Positions 31,348 through 51,284 of a stretch of 64,000 bases of DNA are shown here, piece after piece; the stretch's first letter is position 1; every line of letters begins with the position of its first letter. This DNA comes from Felis catus (taxonomy: Eukaryota), in the NCBI RefSeq assembly GCF_018350175.1, contig NC_058382.1:49602001-49666000 (forward strand), given 5' to 3'. Made by a program: the position numbers and the translations under genes. The notes beneath the pieces were generated by a model, which searched no databases, was not told where the DNA came from, and saw only the letters and a program-made list of their open reading frames with translations.

Positions 31348-31394
31348 GGGGAGCTCCCAAGGCAGGGACCCTATGTCTCCTTGACCACGGCACC

Positions 31395-34314
<2,920 letters not shown>

Positions 34315-34362
34315 GCCGTCAGCCCCACCGTGACCTCCCTGCTGACCTGCTCCCACAGAGTC

Positions 34363-34376
34363 AATAAACCAATAAA
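34363..34376 (+). terminator. Tandem polyadenylation signals of gene 2
   Basis: AATAAA at 34363-34368 and 34371-34376, about 50 nt after the stop. Confidence 0.8.
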
Positions 34377-34715
34377 AGACACACTGATGATGGTGTCTCC
34401 TATGTTGGGGCCTCTGAGTCCTCCTTCTCCCGAACATGGGTCTTCACTGGGTCAGGTACCAGAGGGTCCCCAGAGAGGCCCCCCTTTAGTCTTCCTCCCC
34501 AGAGAGTGGCCGGGAAGGGCGCAGGTAGATGATGTGAGATCTGGGCCCCCGCCCGGCAGGCACGGCGGCCCGGGGGGTGGGCAGGGAGCGGGCCGAGGGG
34601 GGGTTGAGCCCTGCTGCTGGCTGCACACACCTGTGGTCCCAAGGAACCTTCCCAGGAGCAGCCCCCCGGGGCCGACTCTTTCCCAGGCCCGGGCAGGAGC
34701 CAGGTGCTTCTGAAC

Positions 34716-34780
34716 CCAAGGACTCACGATAAGGGAGGGATGGCGAGGCGCGTTGCAATTGGTGGGCCAGGGGAATATAA
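34716..34780 (+). promoter_or_regulatory. Promoter of gene 3 (NR5A2-like/GATA module, inverted CCAAT, TATA)
   Basis: CCAAGGACTCACGATAA (34716-34732), ATTGG (34758-34762), ATATAA (34775-34780) ~50 nt upstream of the ATG. Confidence 0.6.
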
Positions 34781-34827
34781 CGGGGGTCCTTCGGGCAGAC
34801 CCCATCCCACCTCCTGAGTGGAACACC

Positions 34828-38737
<3,910 letters not shown>

Positions 38738-38777
38738 ACCCCTGCCCCAACCCCCTCCCCCACTTCCGCAAAACCCA

Positions 38778-38783
38778 AATAAA
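38778..38783 (+). terminator. Polyadenylation signal of gene 3
   Basis: AATAAA 40 nt after the stop, followed by a GT/T-rich stretch. Confidence 0.75.
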
Positions 38784-39673
38784 ACCCTAGAGCAACTGCG
38801 TGCCTCTTCACTTCTGTGTCCTGGCCAGGGTGCTGAGCGGTGGAAGGCTGGCTGTCTTCACTGGGGTCCCCTCTGTGGAGTCCAAGAGGGCTGACAGACC
38901 CTACCCTTTCTTCACAGAGATGGGGAGACTGAGGCCCAAGTTCACATGCAGAACAGTCAGAGCTAGGAGCAGCACTCCCTGAATCCCAGGGCTCTTGTCT
39001 CACCTGGGGTGCCAGACATACTCGGAAAGGCTGGGGAGACCACACGTGGACCCATGACAAGGGCCCTCTGGGCCCCCACACCCCAACTTGGAGGCCAAGT
39101 CTATGTGTATTTCAAAATAGACACTTGGGAAGGAGTTCCACAAGCTGATATTATGAGCTTCTAAGAGCAAAGTTCTAGGTGAGGTCTGTGAAAACGAGTT
39201 TATGTGGAATCCCCCAACGGTGCCCTCGACCAATCCTGTGCCACAGTGAAGCCCACCTCGCTCCCGGAGCCGCCTTGGACCCCACGCTGGCCCTCGCTCT
39301 GGCCGGGGGCCGGGGGACCTCACCGCGGGCTCCACACTCACCGAGCCTCTCCAGCCTCCAGCGCTGGTGTCACAGAGCTTCTCTCCAGCAGCCCCAGCTC
39401 CCCAGGTCTCAGGGCCATTGGCACACCTGCCCCCACCTTGCAGAAGACCCCTGGCCTCACGCCACTAGCCCAGCCCTGTTTCCCAGGGCCTTGGTTTCCT
39501 CTTGAAGGGACCCACTTTTTCTTTATCCTCCCGAGAGAACTGCCCATGGCATCACCACAAATCCGCTCGGTCGGCTGCTCCTCCCCTGCGGCATCCGAGA
39601 TCAAGGACACACCTGCGCACACCCAGGGGCCCTCCTGCCTCTCACACCAGGGGGAGCTTTTCATTTTTAAACT

Positions 39674-39679
39674 TTTATT
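39674..39679 (-). terminator. Polyadenylation signal of BCAR1
   Basis: AATAAA on the minus strand at the end of an AT-rich segment ~450 nt after the BCAR1 stop. Confidence 0.75.
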
Positions 39680-40126
39680 TAAATGTAGACTATTAGTCAA
39701 ATGATTGGAAAATCAATAATGAAAAATAGTGTTTGGGTTCTTCTCCTGGTTACAGTGGCGCTTGCACTGTCGGGGGAACATGGCACTCCTGTGGGTTGAG
39801 GGTCAGCTCAAGGGAGCTCAAGGGGTCGTCTGAGGCCATGTGGGTGGGGGGGGCCTGTGCGGCTGGCCTGGCCCCCAGGGTACTCAGGGAAGACCACCAG
39901 CTCCCTCCTCAGGCTCGGCTCCCGGGGGGTCCAGCTCTGCTTGGGCTCCTCCGAGGAGGCCCCGTCCCATATCCTGCCCCATCATAAATATGTACAAACC
40001 CCTGGACAGTCTGGGGCACCAGGCCCGGGCAGAGCTGGGGTGCCTGTCCCCATGCCTGCAGCATGGCGACTCTCTCAGGGCGGGTGCCGCCCTCCTCCCG
40101 ACCCCCACCTCTCTGGTCCCGTGCTC

Positions 40127-40995
40127 TCAGGCGGCGGCCAGCTGGCCCAAGACCCGGCGGAACTGCTGGGTGCTGTGCCCCAGCTCCTTGACCCTGTCCA
40201 CCATGTCCTGGGCGGCGGCGGGTGATGGGTACTGCAGGGCGGCAGCCTTGGTGGTGGCGACGATGCCACGCAGGAGGTCACACAGCAGGTTGCTGTAGTG
40301 GGTCACCTGGCTGCGCACGTCGGCCGCCTTGGCCTGCCGTGACAGCGTGTCCCCGATGAACACCAGCTTGTGGGCGCTGAGGATGACGAACTTGCTGTGC
40401 GCCACGAAAATCTTGGGCGGCTGGTTGGTGGCCACGGCGGTGAAGAAGGCGTCCACGGCGTTGGTCAGGGTGGTCAGGTTCGCCTCGCACTGCTCCAGGT
40501 AAAAGAGCAGCAGCTGCCGGTCCGAGGGCCCCAGGCCGCCCGGCCGCCCTGGGGCCAGGGGCTGGGCCGCCGTCCAGTTGGCCAGGTCGTGGTCGATGGG
40601 CCGCGACACCTCCTGCTCCAGTCGCTCAAACTGCTTCAGCTGGGGCAGAGGGAGAGCAGAGTGAGCATCGCAGCCACACGCACAAAGGAAACCCGCTATC
40701 TCTGCGCTACAGGCCGCGCACGGGTCCTCTCCAAGGAGCTTCTGCCCATCTCGGAAAGGTAGGATTCCATTTACAGAACAGTTTTGAAATGACAAAAGGA
40801 TAGAAATGGAGAACAAATGAGCAGTTGTAGCGTTTCGGGACGCCAGTCTGTTGGTGTGGGTGCTGTTCCCTGCTGCCTTAGGACACAATCCTTGGGGGAC
40901 ACTGGGTGAAGGGCACACAGGACTGTTCTGTACTCTCTCTGCAACCTCCTACGAATTTATGCGTACTTCAAAATGAGTTAAACACACACACACTT

Positions 40996-41049
<54 letters not shown>

Positions 41050-44000
41050 TTTTGTCCTTAACATATACGTTGTAAAAAGATTCAAATACATTAAGCAGAA
41101 AAAAAAAAGGTGTCACCTGGAAACCCACGCACCCAGAAATAACCTCTGATAAAGTACAATTCTGGTAAATTATCTTTCTGTGACACAGGGCTCGATCCCA
41201 TGACCCTGAGATCATGACCTGAGTCAAGATCAAGAGTTGGACGCTTAACCAACTGAGCCAACCAGATGCCCCTATAAATTATTTTTTACAATCAAACATT
41301 AACGTATTTACAGATGATATGATATAATGTCTCCAAAATAAATTGGGGGGAAGGGGTGCTAGATAACCAGGTTAGCTATTGTGCTGAGGGATTGGGGCTG
41401 GGTGAATGGTATCGGGACTGTCTTCTTTAATTTTATAAATATATTCAATTTCCCACAATAAAAACTTTAAACAAAAAAAGAAAGCACTGGCTGGCTTAGC
41501 TGGTAGGACATGCGACTCACGATCTTGGGGTTGTAAGTTCGAGCCCCACATTGGATGTAGAGATTACTTAAAAAAAAAAAAAAGAAAAAAGGTAGGTCAT
41601 GGTATGTGTAAAACTTCAGAAAACAAAATTCACATAAAAAACTGGTGACTATTCTTCAAGATGTTTTCCTTTAAACATGAATATTCCTATTTCCTTTTTA
41701 TTTTTTTATTTTTATTTCCTATCTCCTTTTTAATTAGTAGACTGGAAACACAGTACATGTGACTCAAGAACATGGGGTTTATGGGCACCAACTCACTATG
41801 CAATCGAAAATGTGCAAGTAACTTCTGATTTCTCAAAAACTTAACTACTCACTAATAGCCTACTGTTGACTGGAAGCATTACCAAGAACAAAACTAGTTG
41901 ATTAACATGTATTTTGCAAGTTACATGTATTATATACTGTATTCTTACAATAATAATTTTTTCAGTATTTCTAGGCTATGTGGTTCATCTGCAAGTTTTT
42001 TCAAATTGTTTTAAGTCTCCAAAATACTTTTCCAATATGTTTATTGAAATAAATCCAGGTGTAAGTGGATCCATGCAGTTCAAACCCGTGTTGTGCAAGA
42101 CTCAACTGAATATATAGTATTTTATATTCTACTGTTAGCGCCTAACAGTAGGTCACGTGCTTCGTGTCAGTCATGACAGGAGGAGGGAAAGGGAAACTTC
42201 TACAACGGGCAGCCCCTGCCTTGGGAGTTATCAGCGTGGACTGACGTGTCCTTACCAGCGCTGGTTCTGCCCAGGGGACTAAGCGGCTGTGACCAGCTGT
42301 GCACAGATTCAGGGAAAGACAAGTTCTATTTTATCCAAGATTTCAAGGCTTAATTGGCTAAACCACCCTGGAACTGCCCTGTCCGAATATCTGAAACACT
42401 CGGACTTTCCTCCTCAGGCAGCAACCTGGTGAAACTCACCACTCGGCTCTCATATCCAGCGAGAAGCACACTCATTTTTAGTTTGAACTCTGCAGGGTCT
42501 TTCCTGTTTTCTGACAATTCTTAATAGCTACATACTGTTCTACTGTATGAATGTTTATATTTTATTTAATCAACCAATATTCCAATATTAGATATTTGGG
42601 GTGGGGGTTTCTAGATCTTTCACTGATGTGGAAACAGAGCAGTCAACACCCTTGTCCGTACATTTTACCTGCCATCTTATACTTGTGCTTTATGCTCTGG
42701 CCTAAGAGCTCTAGACCTTTAGAGTTTTTCATCTATACTCCTCTCTCTTATTCTAGTAATTTCTCTAAATGATCAAGCAGTTACATGAAGAGATTTATAT
42801 TCAGCTCAGCACCGTTTACAGAAGTAATTCTGGGAATAACTGACATGTCCACCAACAAGGGACTGGATAAATAAATGCTGGAAGGGTCCAGAGAAAGATA
42901 AAGTACATGTCCATTTCTCTGATCAGTGAAGATTCTGTATATTATTAGGCAGACAGACAGATGATGGATGGATAGAGAGATACCTAATAATTAACCTTGG
43001 TTCCTTTACTGAGTACATTATATGGGCCAGGCACTTCCTAAGAATTATACATTCTTTACTCACTCCTCACAATTACCTTGAGATGGATATAACTATGATC
43101 CCCACTTCACAGCTGGAGAAACTGTGGCTTTGTGGGTCTCAGGATGGAGCCGGCTCTCACCTACACCATCCTTCCCCCTGACCGGTGGAGGGTGGGGGGG
43201 TGGGGGGTGGGGGAATGGGTGGGAGGTGGAGGGGTGGAGCGAGGACAACTTTATGGGTGATGTTTCTGTGCTTATTTTGTGCTAGTCTATGTTTCAGTTT
43301 TTTATTATTTTCATAATCAGATAAAACTTCCTTATTTCTTAAAAAAAAATCCCTTTCCCACCCTCAGGAAATGATCCAAAGTATGAAGAAAATTCTATGT
43401 CTTCAGATAAGCACAGTAGTTATCATTATACTCAGGGAAACTGGGTACAATGTAAACAGTCAACAATAATAGATATTATGAGGCCTTTAAAAACAATTTA
43501 TAAGGAAGGTTTGATGCCATGGAAAAACCTTGGGATAAAAGCAGATGTAACTATTCACAAAGTATCATCTCAAACACATGGACAGAGGTCACCCCAGGGG
43601 CAGGAGCGGGGCTTAAAACCAGCCCCAGCGCTCCACCAGTACCTCTGGGGCTTTTTCCCTGTCTTACACTTTTGTGTATGTGCTCCCTAAAAGGTCTACC
43701 ATGATTACTCTCATAATAAGTCACACACAAACCCAACAAACACAGGGGGAGACAGCCACACAGTTGAGCGGGGCCTGGCTGGCTCACTGGCCCACGGGCA
43801 GCCCAAGCAGAGAGAAGCTGGCCAGCCTGGGGATCCTCACCTGCTGCAGCTCTAGCTGGCCCTTCCCCTGCCGCATGATGTTGCCTTTTTCCAGCAGTTC
43901 CTTCTGGGTCTTTTCAAACTCTTCCTTCCCCTGGAGACAAGACACAAGGACCGGGCTGAGCCACAAGCCCCCACAGGTCTGGCGGGGCACAGGGCAGGGA

Positions 44001-47000
44001 AGCCAGCCACCAGGTGGCGCTGCGAGCCAGGCCCAGGCTCACACTGCAGCCATCAGACTCAGAGTGGGGACAGTTTCCCAGGAGGCAGCTCTTGCGGCCT
44101 CTTTCACCTCCTCTAGCGCAGAAAAGGGCTGGGTACACTGCGTGTGGCCAGGCCATCCTCCCTGCCCCCGCTTCCACACCAGGAATCACATTCAAACCCC
44201 TCCCCTTGGCATACGGGGCCTGTTCATCCATCCCTGACCACCTGGCCTTGGCACCTGCTGCCTCTCAACCTGGAATGCTCCTTACCAGGGCACTCAGCTG
44301 GCACCCAGGGCTCTGCTCAGAGGCCTATCCCTACCCCATCTTCCCATCTTCTTGTTTTACTTATTACCCCACACCCGCAACTATCTCCGCCTTTGCTTAT
44401 ACTTCAGAATCCATCTCTTGAGACAGAACAGGGGCACTTCCTGCCCTGGTCACTGGAGAAGCCCAGCCCTGGCTGGTACTGCAGGACCCCTGATGACACG
44501 GCCAGGTCGGTCTAAAGGGCAATAGGTAGGAGCCTGAGTATGGAGCCTGCTTGGGATTCCCTCTGTCTCTCTGTCTCTCTCTGTCTCTCTCTGTCTCTCT
44601 CTCCCTCTGCCCCTCTCTCCTGCTTACACACGCCGTCTCTAAAATAAAAAATAAACAAGTTTTAACAATAAAAATGGAAAAAAGAGAGTGGGCAAAGGGA
44701 CTCACTGAGCCTACTGGGGCCCAAATTCTCTTTTGGTCACAAAAGCCGTCCGTGTGGAGGGGATTAAGGTCCCCATAACAGGGGTGGCGAAACTAGGGCC
44801 CGGAGGAGGCCAGAAGGCTTCCCCCAGGGAATCCTCTGGGGACGCTGGGCAAGGCGGGCACCTACCTGTAGATGGACGTAGTCATAATCCTCCATCCAGC
44901 CCCCCTCACTGTTCTCATACTGCCCATCTGGCGAGTCCTGGGAGGTGAACTTGGGAGGTGAGGGCAGGGGCCGGGACTGGATGCTGCTGGCCTTGTCGAT
45001 GGGGTTGGGGTGCAGGGAGCCGCCCCCCTCAGGCCCCGGGACAGGGGCCTTGGTCCGTCTGAAGAGCAGCGAGGCATTGCCATGCAGGAAGGAGGCCAGC
45101 TGCTTGGCGTCCTCGGGCACAGCCCGTGAGCAGGCCACCAGGCGGTCCAGGTCTTCGGGAGCGGCCCCCGGGCCTCCCCGGCCACCGTCAAGGGCCTGAC
45201 CGTGGGCCACCAGCGTCTGGTACACATCCTCCATCTTCTGCAGCTGCCGGCCAAGCTTAGCGTGCAGCGTGCGGTCAGAAGTGTGGGCAGCGTTGCCTAT
45301 GGCACCGCGGGCAAACTCCAGCAGCTCATGGACAGCCCCCTGGGCGGCGGCCACGGCGGCCCGCAGGTCCTGCACCGGCGGCTCCTGAGGCTCGGAGGCA
45401 CCACGCCAGCCTCCACACGCGGGGATGCCGCCCGCCAGGTCCAGGAGGTGCGCCACGCTGGCGCTCACGCCCTGCTGCAGCCGTGCCAGGGCCTCCACAG
45501 CCGCCTCCAGCTCCAGGGGCTCACGACCCGGCACCGCAGCCTCCAGGGAGGAGGCCGACTGGCTGCTGCGTGTGCTGCCCGTACTGGAGGCCGACAGGCG
45601 CTTGCCATCAGCAGGGGCCTCCCGCTCCGCCGGGGGCGGCACCGCGTACACGGTGTCATCAGCCGCGCCGCCATCGGACGCCTCTGGAGGAAGAAGCCGC
45701 TCACGGGGCACGTCATAGAGGGTGCCGGGACCGGGCCGTCGCAAGCCAGGGGGTACGTCATAGAGGTCAGGAGCGGGGGGCGGCACGTCATACACATCCT
45801 CAGCCGGCAGCGAGTCCGGAGGGGGTGCGGCGAGGACCAGCGGGTGGCGGGTTGGGTCAAAGGGCTTGGCCTTGGCAAAGGCGGGGGGCACGTCATAGGT
45901 CTCCTCACGCAGCAGTGGGCCGTCAGGCACATCCTTGCTCACCGACGGAGGAACGTCATACACCTGGGGGCACAGGAGCGGTCAAGGGTGCCCGCCCAAC
46001 CCCTCCGGGAGCTGAGGATCAGCACCCCGTCACACATCCAGACACAGCACAGGTGCGCACGCGTGTCACGGTTCTTGTCCACACAGGTTGTGGCTAAGAG
46101 CCCAATTGTGGAGCCAGACCTGAGTTCAAAATCCTGGCTCCACTGCTTACTAGCTGTGGGATGTAAGGCAGGTGACTCAATTTCCCTGTGCCTATCTGCT
46201 CAGCCAGAAGATGGGAGAACTCCTTCAAAGGTTTGTTGTGAGGATTACATGAATTAATTCACTGGGTAAGCATAAATACTTGGTGAGAGAACAGTGGTCA
46301 TACCACCACCACCACCACCACCATCACGGCCACCATGACCGTCACCATCATCACCACCACAACCGCTACGTCACATCACCGCCACCACCTCACCCCATCA
46401 TCATCATCACCCTCACCATCATCGCCACCATCATCTTCATCATCACTACCACCACCACCACCATTTATGTATTCTCGACTCTGTGGCAGAAACTAGGAAG
46501 ATTTGTGTTATATTTAGGATGACAACACCTTGGTTTACCCAGGACAGTCCTGGTTTATGCCCGATGCCCCTCATAATTACTAGTCCCCCTTTCACTCTTA
46601 GAAGTGTCTTGCTTTGGGGCGCCTGGGTGGCTCAGTCGGTTGGGCGTCCGACTTCGGCTAAGGTCATGATCTCACAGCTCGCGAGTTCGAGCACCGCGGA
46701 GGGTTCTGCACTGACAGCTGAGAGCCTGGAGCCTACTTCAGATTCTGTGTCTCCCTCTCTCTCTCCTCCTAACCCACTCGCATTCTGTCTCTGTCTCTCT
46801 CAAAAATAAATAAACGTTTAAAAAAAAAAAAGTGTCTTGCTTTGAATAATAAATTCTGTGGTCACCTTTCTAATATCCTGTGTGATCCTCTCAAGAACCT
46901 GCTAAAGAAGACCTTACAAGTGGTCCTCTTGCCGACAAGTAAGCTGAAGCTCAAAGGAGCACTCAGTTTCTACTTCCGTCACAGAGCAAGGGACAGAGCT

Positions 47001-50000
47001 GGCGCCTGTTGTCACGTTTCTTGTTGCCTCTATCCCTGCAAACATGGGTCCCCACCCCACAGCACAGGCACACCCACAACTCTTTATAGAGATCAGGCCT
47101 CAGCCCGTGAGGCCCCAGGATTCCCTGACTACTCACGGCATGGTGGTTGGACAACGGCAGGCCCTTCTCCACACTGGGGGGCACATCATATACATCCAGC
47201 GATGGATCCCGGCCATTAGGACCCTTGACAGCCATGGGGGGCGTGTCATATACCTGAGATAGAAAAGTGCAGTGATATGGGTACTAGGGTCACCTGAGGG
47301 GATGGGAAGAGCAGAAACCACACAGCTCCTCCCCTGGGACCACCCCGGCCAAGGCAGAGAAAGCACGGCTCCCTGAGTGGGGCTGGGCTGAGGCCCTCAC
47401 CCCGACCCCTACCCCGATACCTACCTCCTGGCCATACTGGCTGGGAAGCAGCCCCCGAACAGGGGGCACGTCGTAGATGTCCTGGGGCCCCGGGGCTAGC
47501 AGGTGGCGTGGGATGTCATACTCGTCCTGCTCTGGCTGGGAGGCCTCGAACACATAGCCCTGTCCCACACGGGTGGGTACCACCACCTGGGGGCAGATAG
47601 CCAACCGTCACCACCCTGTCACCTCCAGCCTAGAAACCAGCCTCCGGGACCCATCCTCTGGTCTTTGGGGAGACTCTACACCCCCATGAGGTGGGTGAGG
47701 TACACAGGGAGGGTGCGGGGGTTTCCAAAGGTGGGCTGGGAGGCCAGTCAGAGGCAAGGTTTTCTCATTCCTTTTACCTTCACCCTTTCTTCAAAGCACA
47801 AAGTGTTTGGGGAGCACTAGAACCCCCAGGGTTTATTTACAGTCGTCTGGTTCTGGCCAGGAAATGTCAAGTAGTCTCTACAGGTGGATGACCTGGAAGG
47901 TTCCAGAGGAGCATACAAGTGGGCTTGACTGGGATGTCCCTGCCTCACAACACCTCCTAGCTGCACCCTCCTCAGAAAGGCTTCCAGTAAGGGGCTCTCT
48001 CGACTGCAGGACCAGCTTCTTGGCTCCAGGACGAAGAGAGGACAGTGCCAGGCTGTGCCCTCCTCACGCTGGGCCCAGAGGTGGCCTGCAGGAGGTCCCA
48101 ATAATTGGCGCCTGGGGCTCCCAGAAGGTGGTGGCCTGGAGAGCAGCAAGTGGTGCCCCTGTCGTCCTCATCAACCGAGCATATGCTGGGGAGATTCCTG
48201 AGGGCTGGGCCACCAAAGACTCCCAGACCATCAGGGCCAGTTCTGGGGCTATTCTGCAAAGTTGGGTGTGGGTGTGAGGGAGTGGCCAAGACTACAGCCA
48301 AGACCCCCGCGCTCCAATACACCACGCCCACAGGGCCGCCAAGGCCACCACTAACCCGAAAAGGAGACACCTTAATTAGGGGTTGTTGGCCCACAGAAGG
48401 GGCCAACACGTTCCCCTCTCTGGTGCCCTTCCCTGGCCTGGCGTCCAGGACAGCAAACTGCTGAGAGCCCTTCACACCAGCCTCTTTCCCAGCAGGCACC
48501 CCGGCCATGCAGGCTGCAGGCGGCCCAGCGGGAGGGGCTGGCAGGATAGAACCCAGCTCAGGGCACGCCTCCCCCACAAGGCTCCCAGCTCAGCACTCTG
48601 GGACAGAAAGGCCTTTTGTTCCCTAATCAAAGGGGACGTCTGGAACAGAGTTGACTCAGGCCCTCCCCACACACATCCCTGGAGGGGAAGCAGGGCTGGC
48701 CCTCAGGCTCAATACCCCCCAGAACCCTGCAGACCATGCCTGGCCCCCAGTGCCCATGGCACTGACAGCCAGCTGTACGCGCCCGTGTATCCTGGAGGGT
48801 GCAGGCTTCACACGCAAGCGCTAGGTACTCCAGGAGCAGCAGAATACCCAAACCCCGGAGCGTGGGCACCGCGTGGGCACCGGCACTTTTCTCATCAGCC
48901 TGGGGCTTGGCAGAGCCTCCTGCTGATGCATCCTTCTGGCCCCCTCCCCAGCAGCACAGCCTCTCTGTGGAAGCGCCTCCACGGGGGTATTCCCCACCCA
49001 CCCCACCCCACCCCCAGCGTGTCTGGGAGTAGAGCTGGCGGCCCTCCCCAGACTCATCTCCCTCCTTGAGCCCCAGACTTGAGTCTCCTCCAGAGCTATT
49101 TTTAGATGCTAGAACCTGCCAACAACAGGGCAGGCGGGGCTGGCGGGGGCTGGCGGGACGTGGCAGGTTGGCAGGGCCTCCAGGCAAGGCCCAAAGCGTC
49201 TCCAGGCCCTGCTGACTCCAGAAGGCAGATGGGGACCCCGCTCACTCCCACCGCAAGCCCCTACGGTGCCTCCTGAATGTAGAGAGAGCAGGGAGGGCAG
49301 GCGGAAGGGCTCTGGGGCCGGACCCCAGGCCCAGGCTATCGGCAGCTTGCCACTCCTGCAGCTGAGCTGGTGACAGTAAGCAGCTGTCCTGGCCAGCAAA
49401 TGTTCTCTGCTAGAAAAAAACTGTAAGGCAGCCACTAGTGGGGAAAAGCTTGTTAGGGAAACCTACTCTCCAGAGAGCTGCTGAGCCTGCTAATCACAGT
49501 CTGCCCTGCTCTGCACCTGAGGCCCCATTAGCAGGACCCTGAGGCCGCCGGGGGTGGGTGACACAGGCAGAGCCCGGGAGGAGACACAGAACCCCAGACC
49601 CAAGACCCACGTGCTCTTGCGCATGCACACGCCAGCAGTGCAGGAGGCCAACACAGACGCAGAGAAAACACGCACAGTACCCACAAAGACAGACCACAGA
49701 GCTAGGCAGGGCAGCCCCATCAGGGCATCTGCAGAGAGGGGGGAGACGTGGAGCCAAAGAAGGCCCCGGAGATCCAATGGGAAAGGCCACCACCACCTGC
49801 CGCATTCTGCTCGGGGCCCCAGTCACTCTCCAGGCAGCTTGGCTGCTGGTCTCCCCCTTTTGCAAAGTGGATGTCACCCCACGTGACCCAGACCGGCTCC
49901 TGCTCTGGCACGCCCCTTCCTGTCTGAGCCCCAGATTCCTTCTCTGGAGCAGGAGTGCTGTGGGACCTAGCAGGTCCCTCACTGAGAGTGAGGGACATGC

Positions 50001-51223
50001 TGGGTGCAGGTCCCCTTCCAAGCTCCTGGGCTCCCCAGGAGGAATGGTGCTGAGTTCAACTCCATTTGCCCCCGTGCCTGACCCAGCGCCACAGCTGTCC
50101 CCTTAGCACAGCTGCAGATCCTGACCCAAAGGTGTTCCCCCAAAAGTGACCTCACAAAAACACCTCCCTCTCTGCGGGCCCCACCTGCTCCTGCCCTCGG
50201 CATCCACGTCCCAGCCCAGAGGATGTTCATGTTGTGCCGTGGCCCCAACTTCTCTCCCCAGCCACACAGGCCACTCTGGCCGAGGGTCCGGACATCTGAC
50301 CCTTCTTCCTCTTGTGTCTCCTGGCCACCGTTCTCATCGCTCACCTTCTAGCTTCCTGGATACCAAGGCCCCCCCGCCCACTCTACCCCGTCCTGGCAGG
50401 TTACCTCCTCACCCTACCTGACCTCTACCCCTGAACCAGAAGCCTCAGTTTCCCAAACTTCTGAGGGGGAGCACAAGGCTAATGAAAGCAGAACCATGAA
50501 ATGTGGGCAAAGAAGCGCGCACCAAGACGTTTATCGCCTCATTTTAAGAGAGACACGCGCAATCTGAAACTGCCTGGAATCCATCCCTGGGGAGGGGGTG
50601 ACGCAGCAAAATCTGGCGTGGCGATCACAATCACTTCAGGGACCCAAGAAAATGCTTCTGATAACTGTGGGACTTACAATTTCAAAATGCAAAAGTCTGC
50701 ATACAAATCTCTGCAAGACAGGGAATATGCTAGACAAAATATGCCCAAATTCCCAGGGATCACCTCTTGACGGGGGAATCTCTTCTCCACGCTTTTTCGT
50801 ACACTGTGTGTTTTCTGCAACACATAAGCACCGTTTCATGATCATAATATAAAAGCAGATGCAACCGAGGCTGCCCAAGCGAGGAGACGAGGCTTCTTAG
50901 AGGAGAGCCACCAAGCCCCAGGACACAGGGCTCTTGTTCCCAGGCCACCAGCCAGATGAGGGCCCTTGGGGACACAGGCTCTGGGCAGCCAGGTGAGCCC
51001 AGATGGAACCTGAGAACAAGCCCTGCACAAGGGAGGGAACCAGAAACCACAGCCAAAATGTGGGTTCAAGTCCACAGCCCAGTACAGGGGTCTTGCTGCT
51101 GCTTCCTGGTCCACGGGGCTTCCAGCGCCTGCCCCAACCTCACAGACACCACGACAAGTTTGTCCATAAAGATTCAGGGAGAGAAGCGGGCAGGGGAAAA
51201 GGCATGCCTCTCCAGGGGATGTG

Positions 51224-51284
<61 letters not shown>

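Noticed and set aside
45202..46257. 351-aa plus-strand ORF
   Set aside because: Antisense shadow of BCAR1 exon 5 running into a MIR.
46280..46522. Poly-His ORF
   Set aside because: Translation of an intronic (CAC/CAT)n low-complexity tract.
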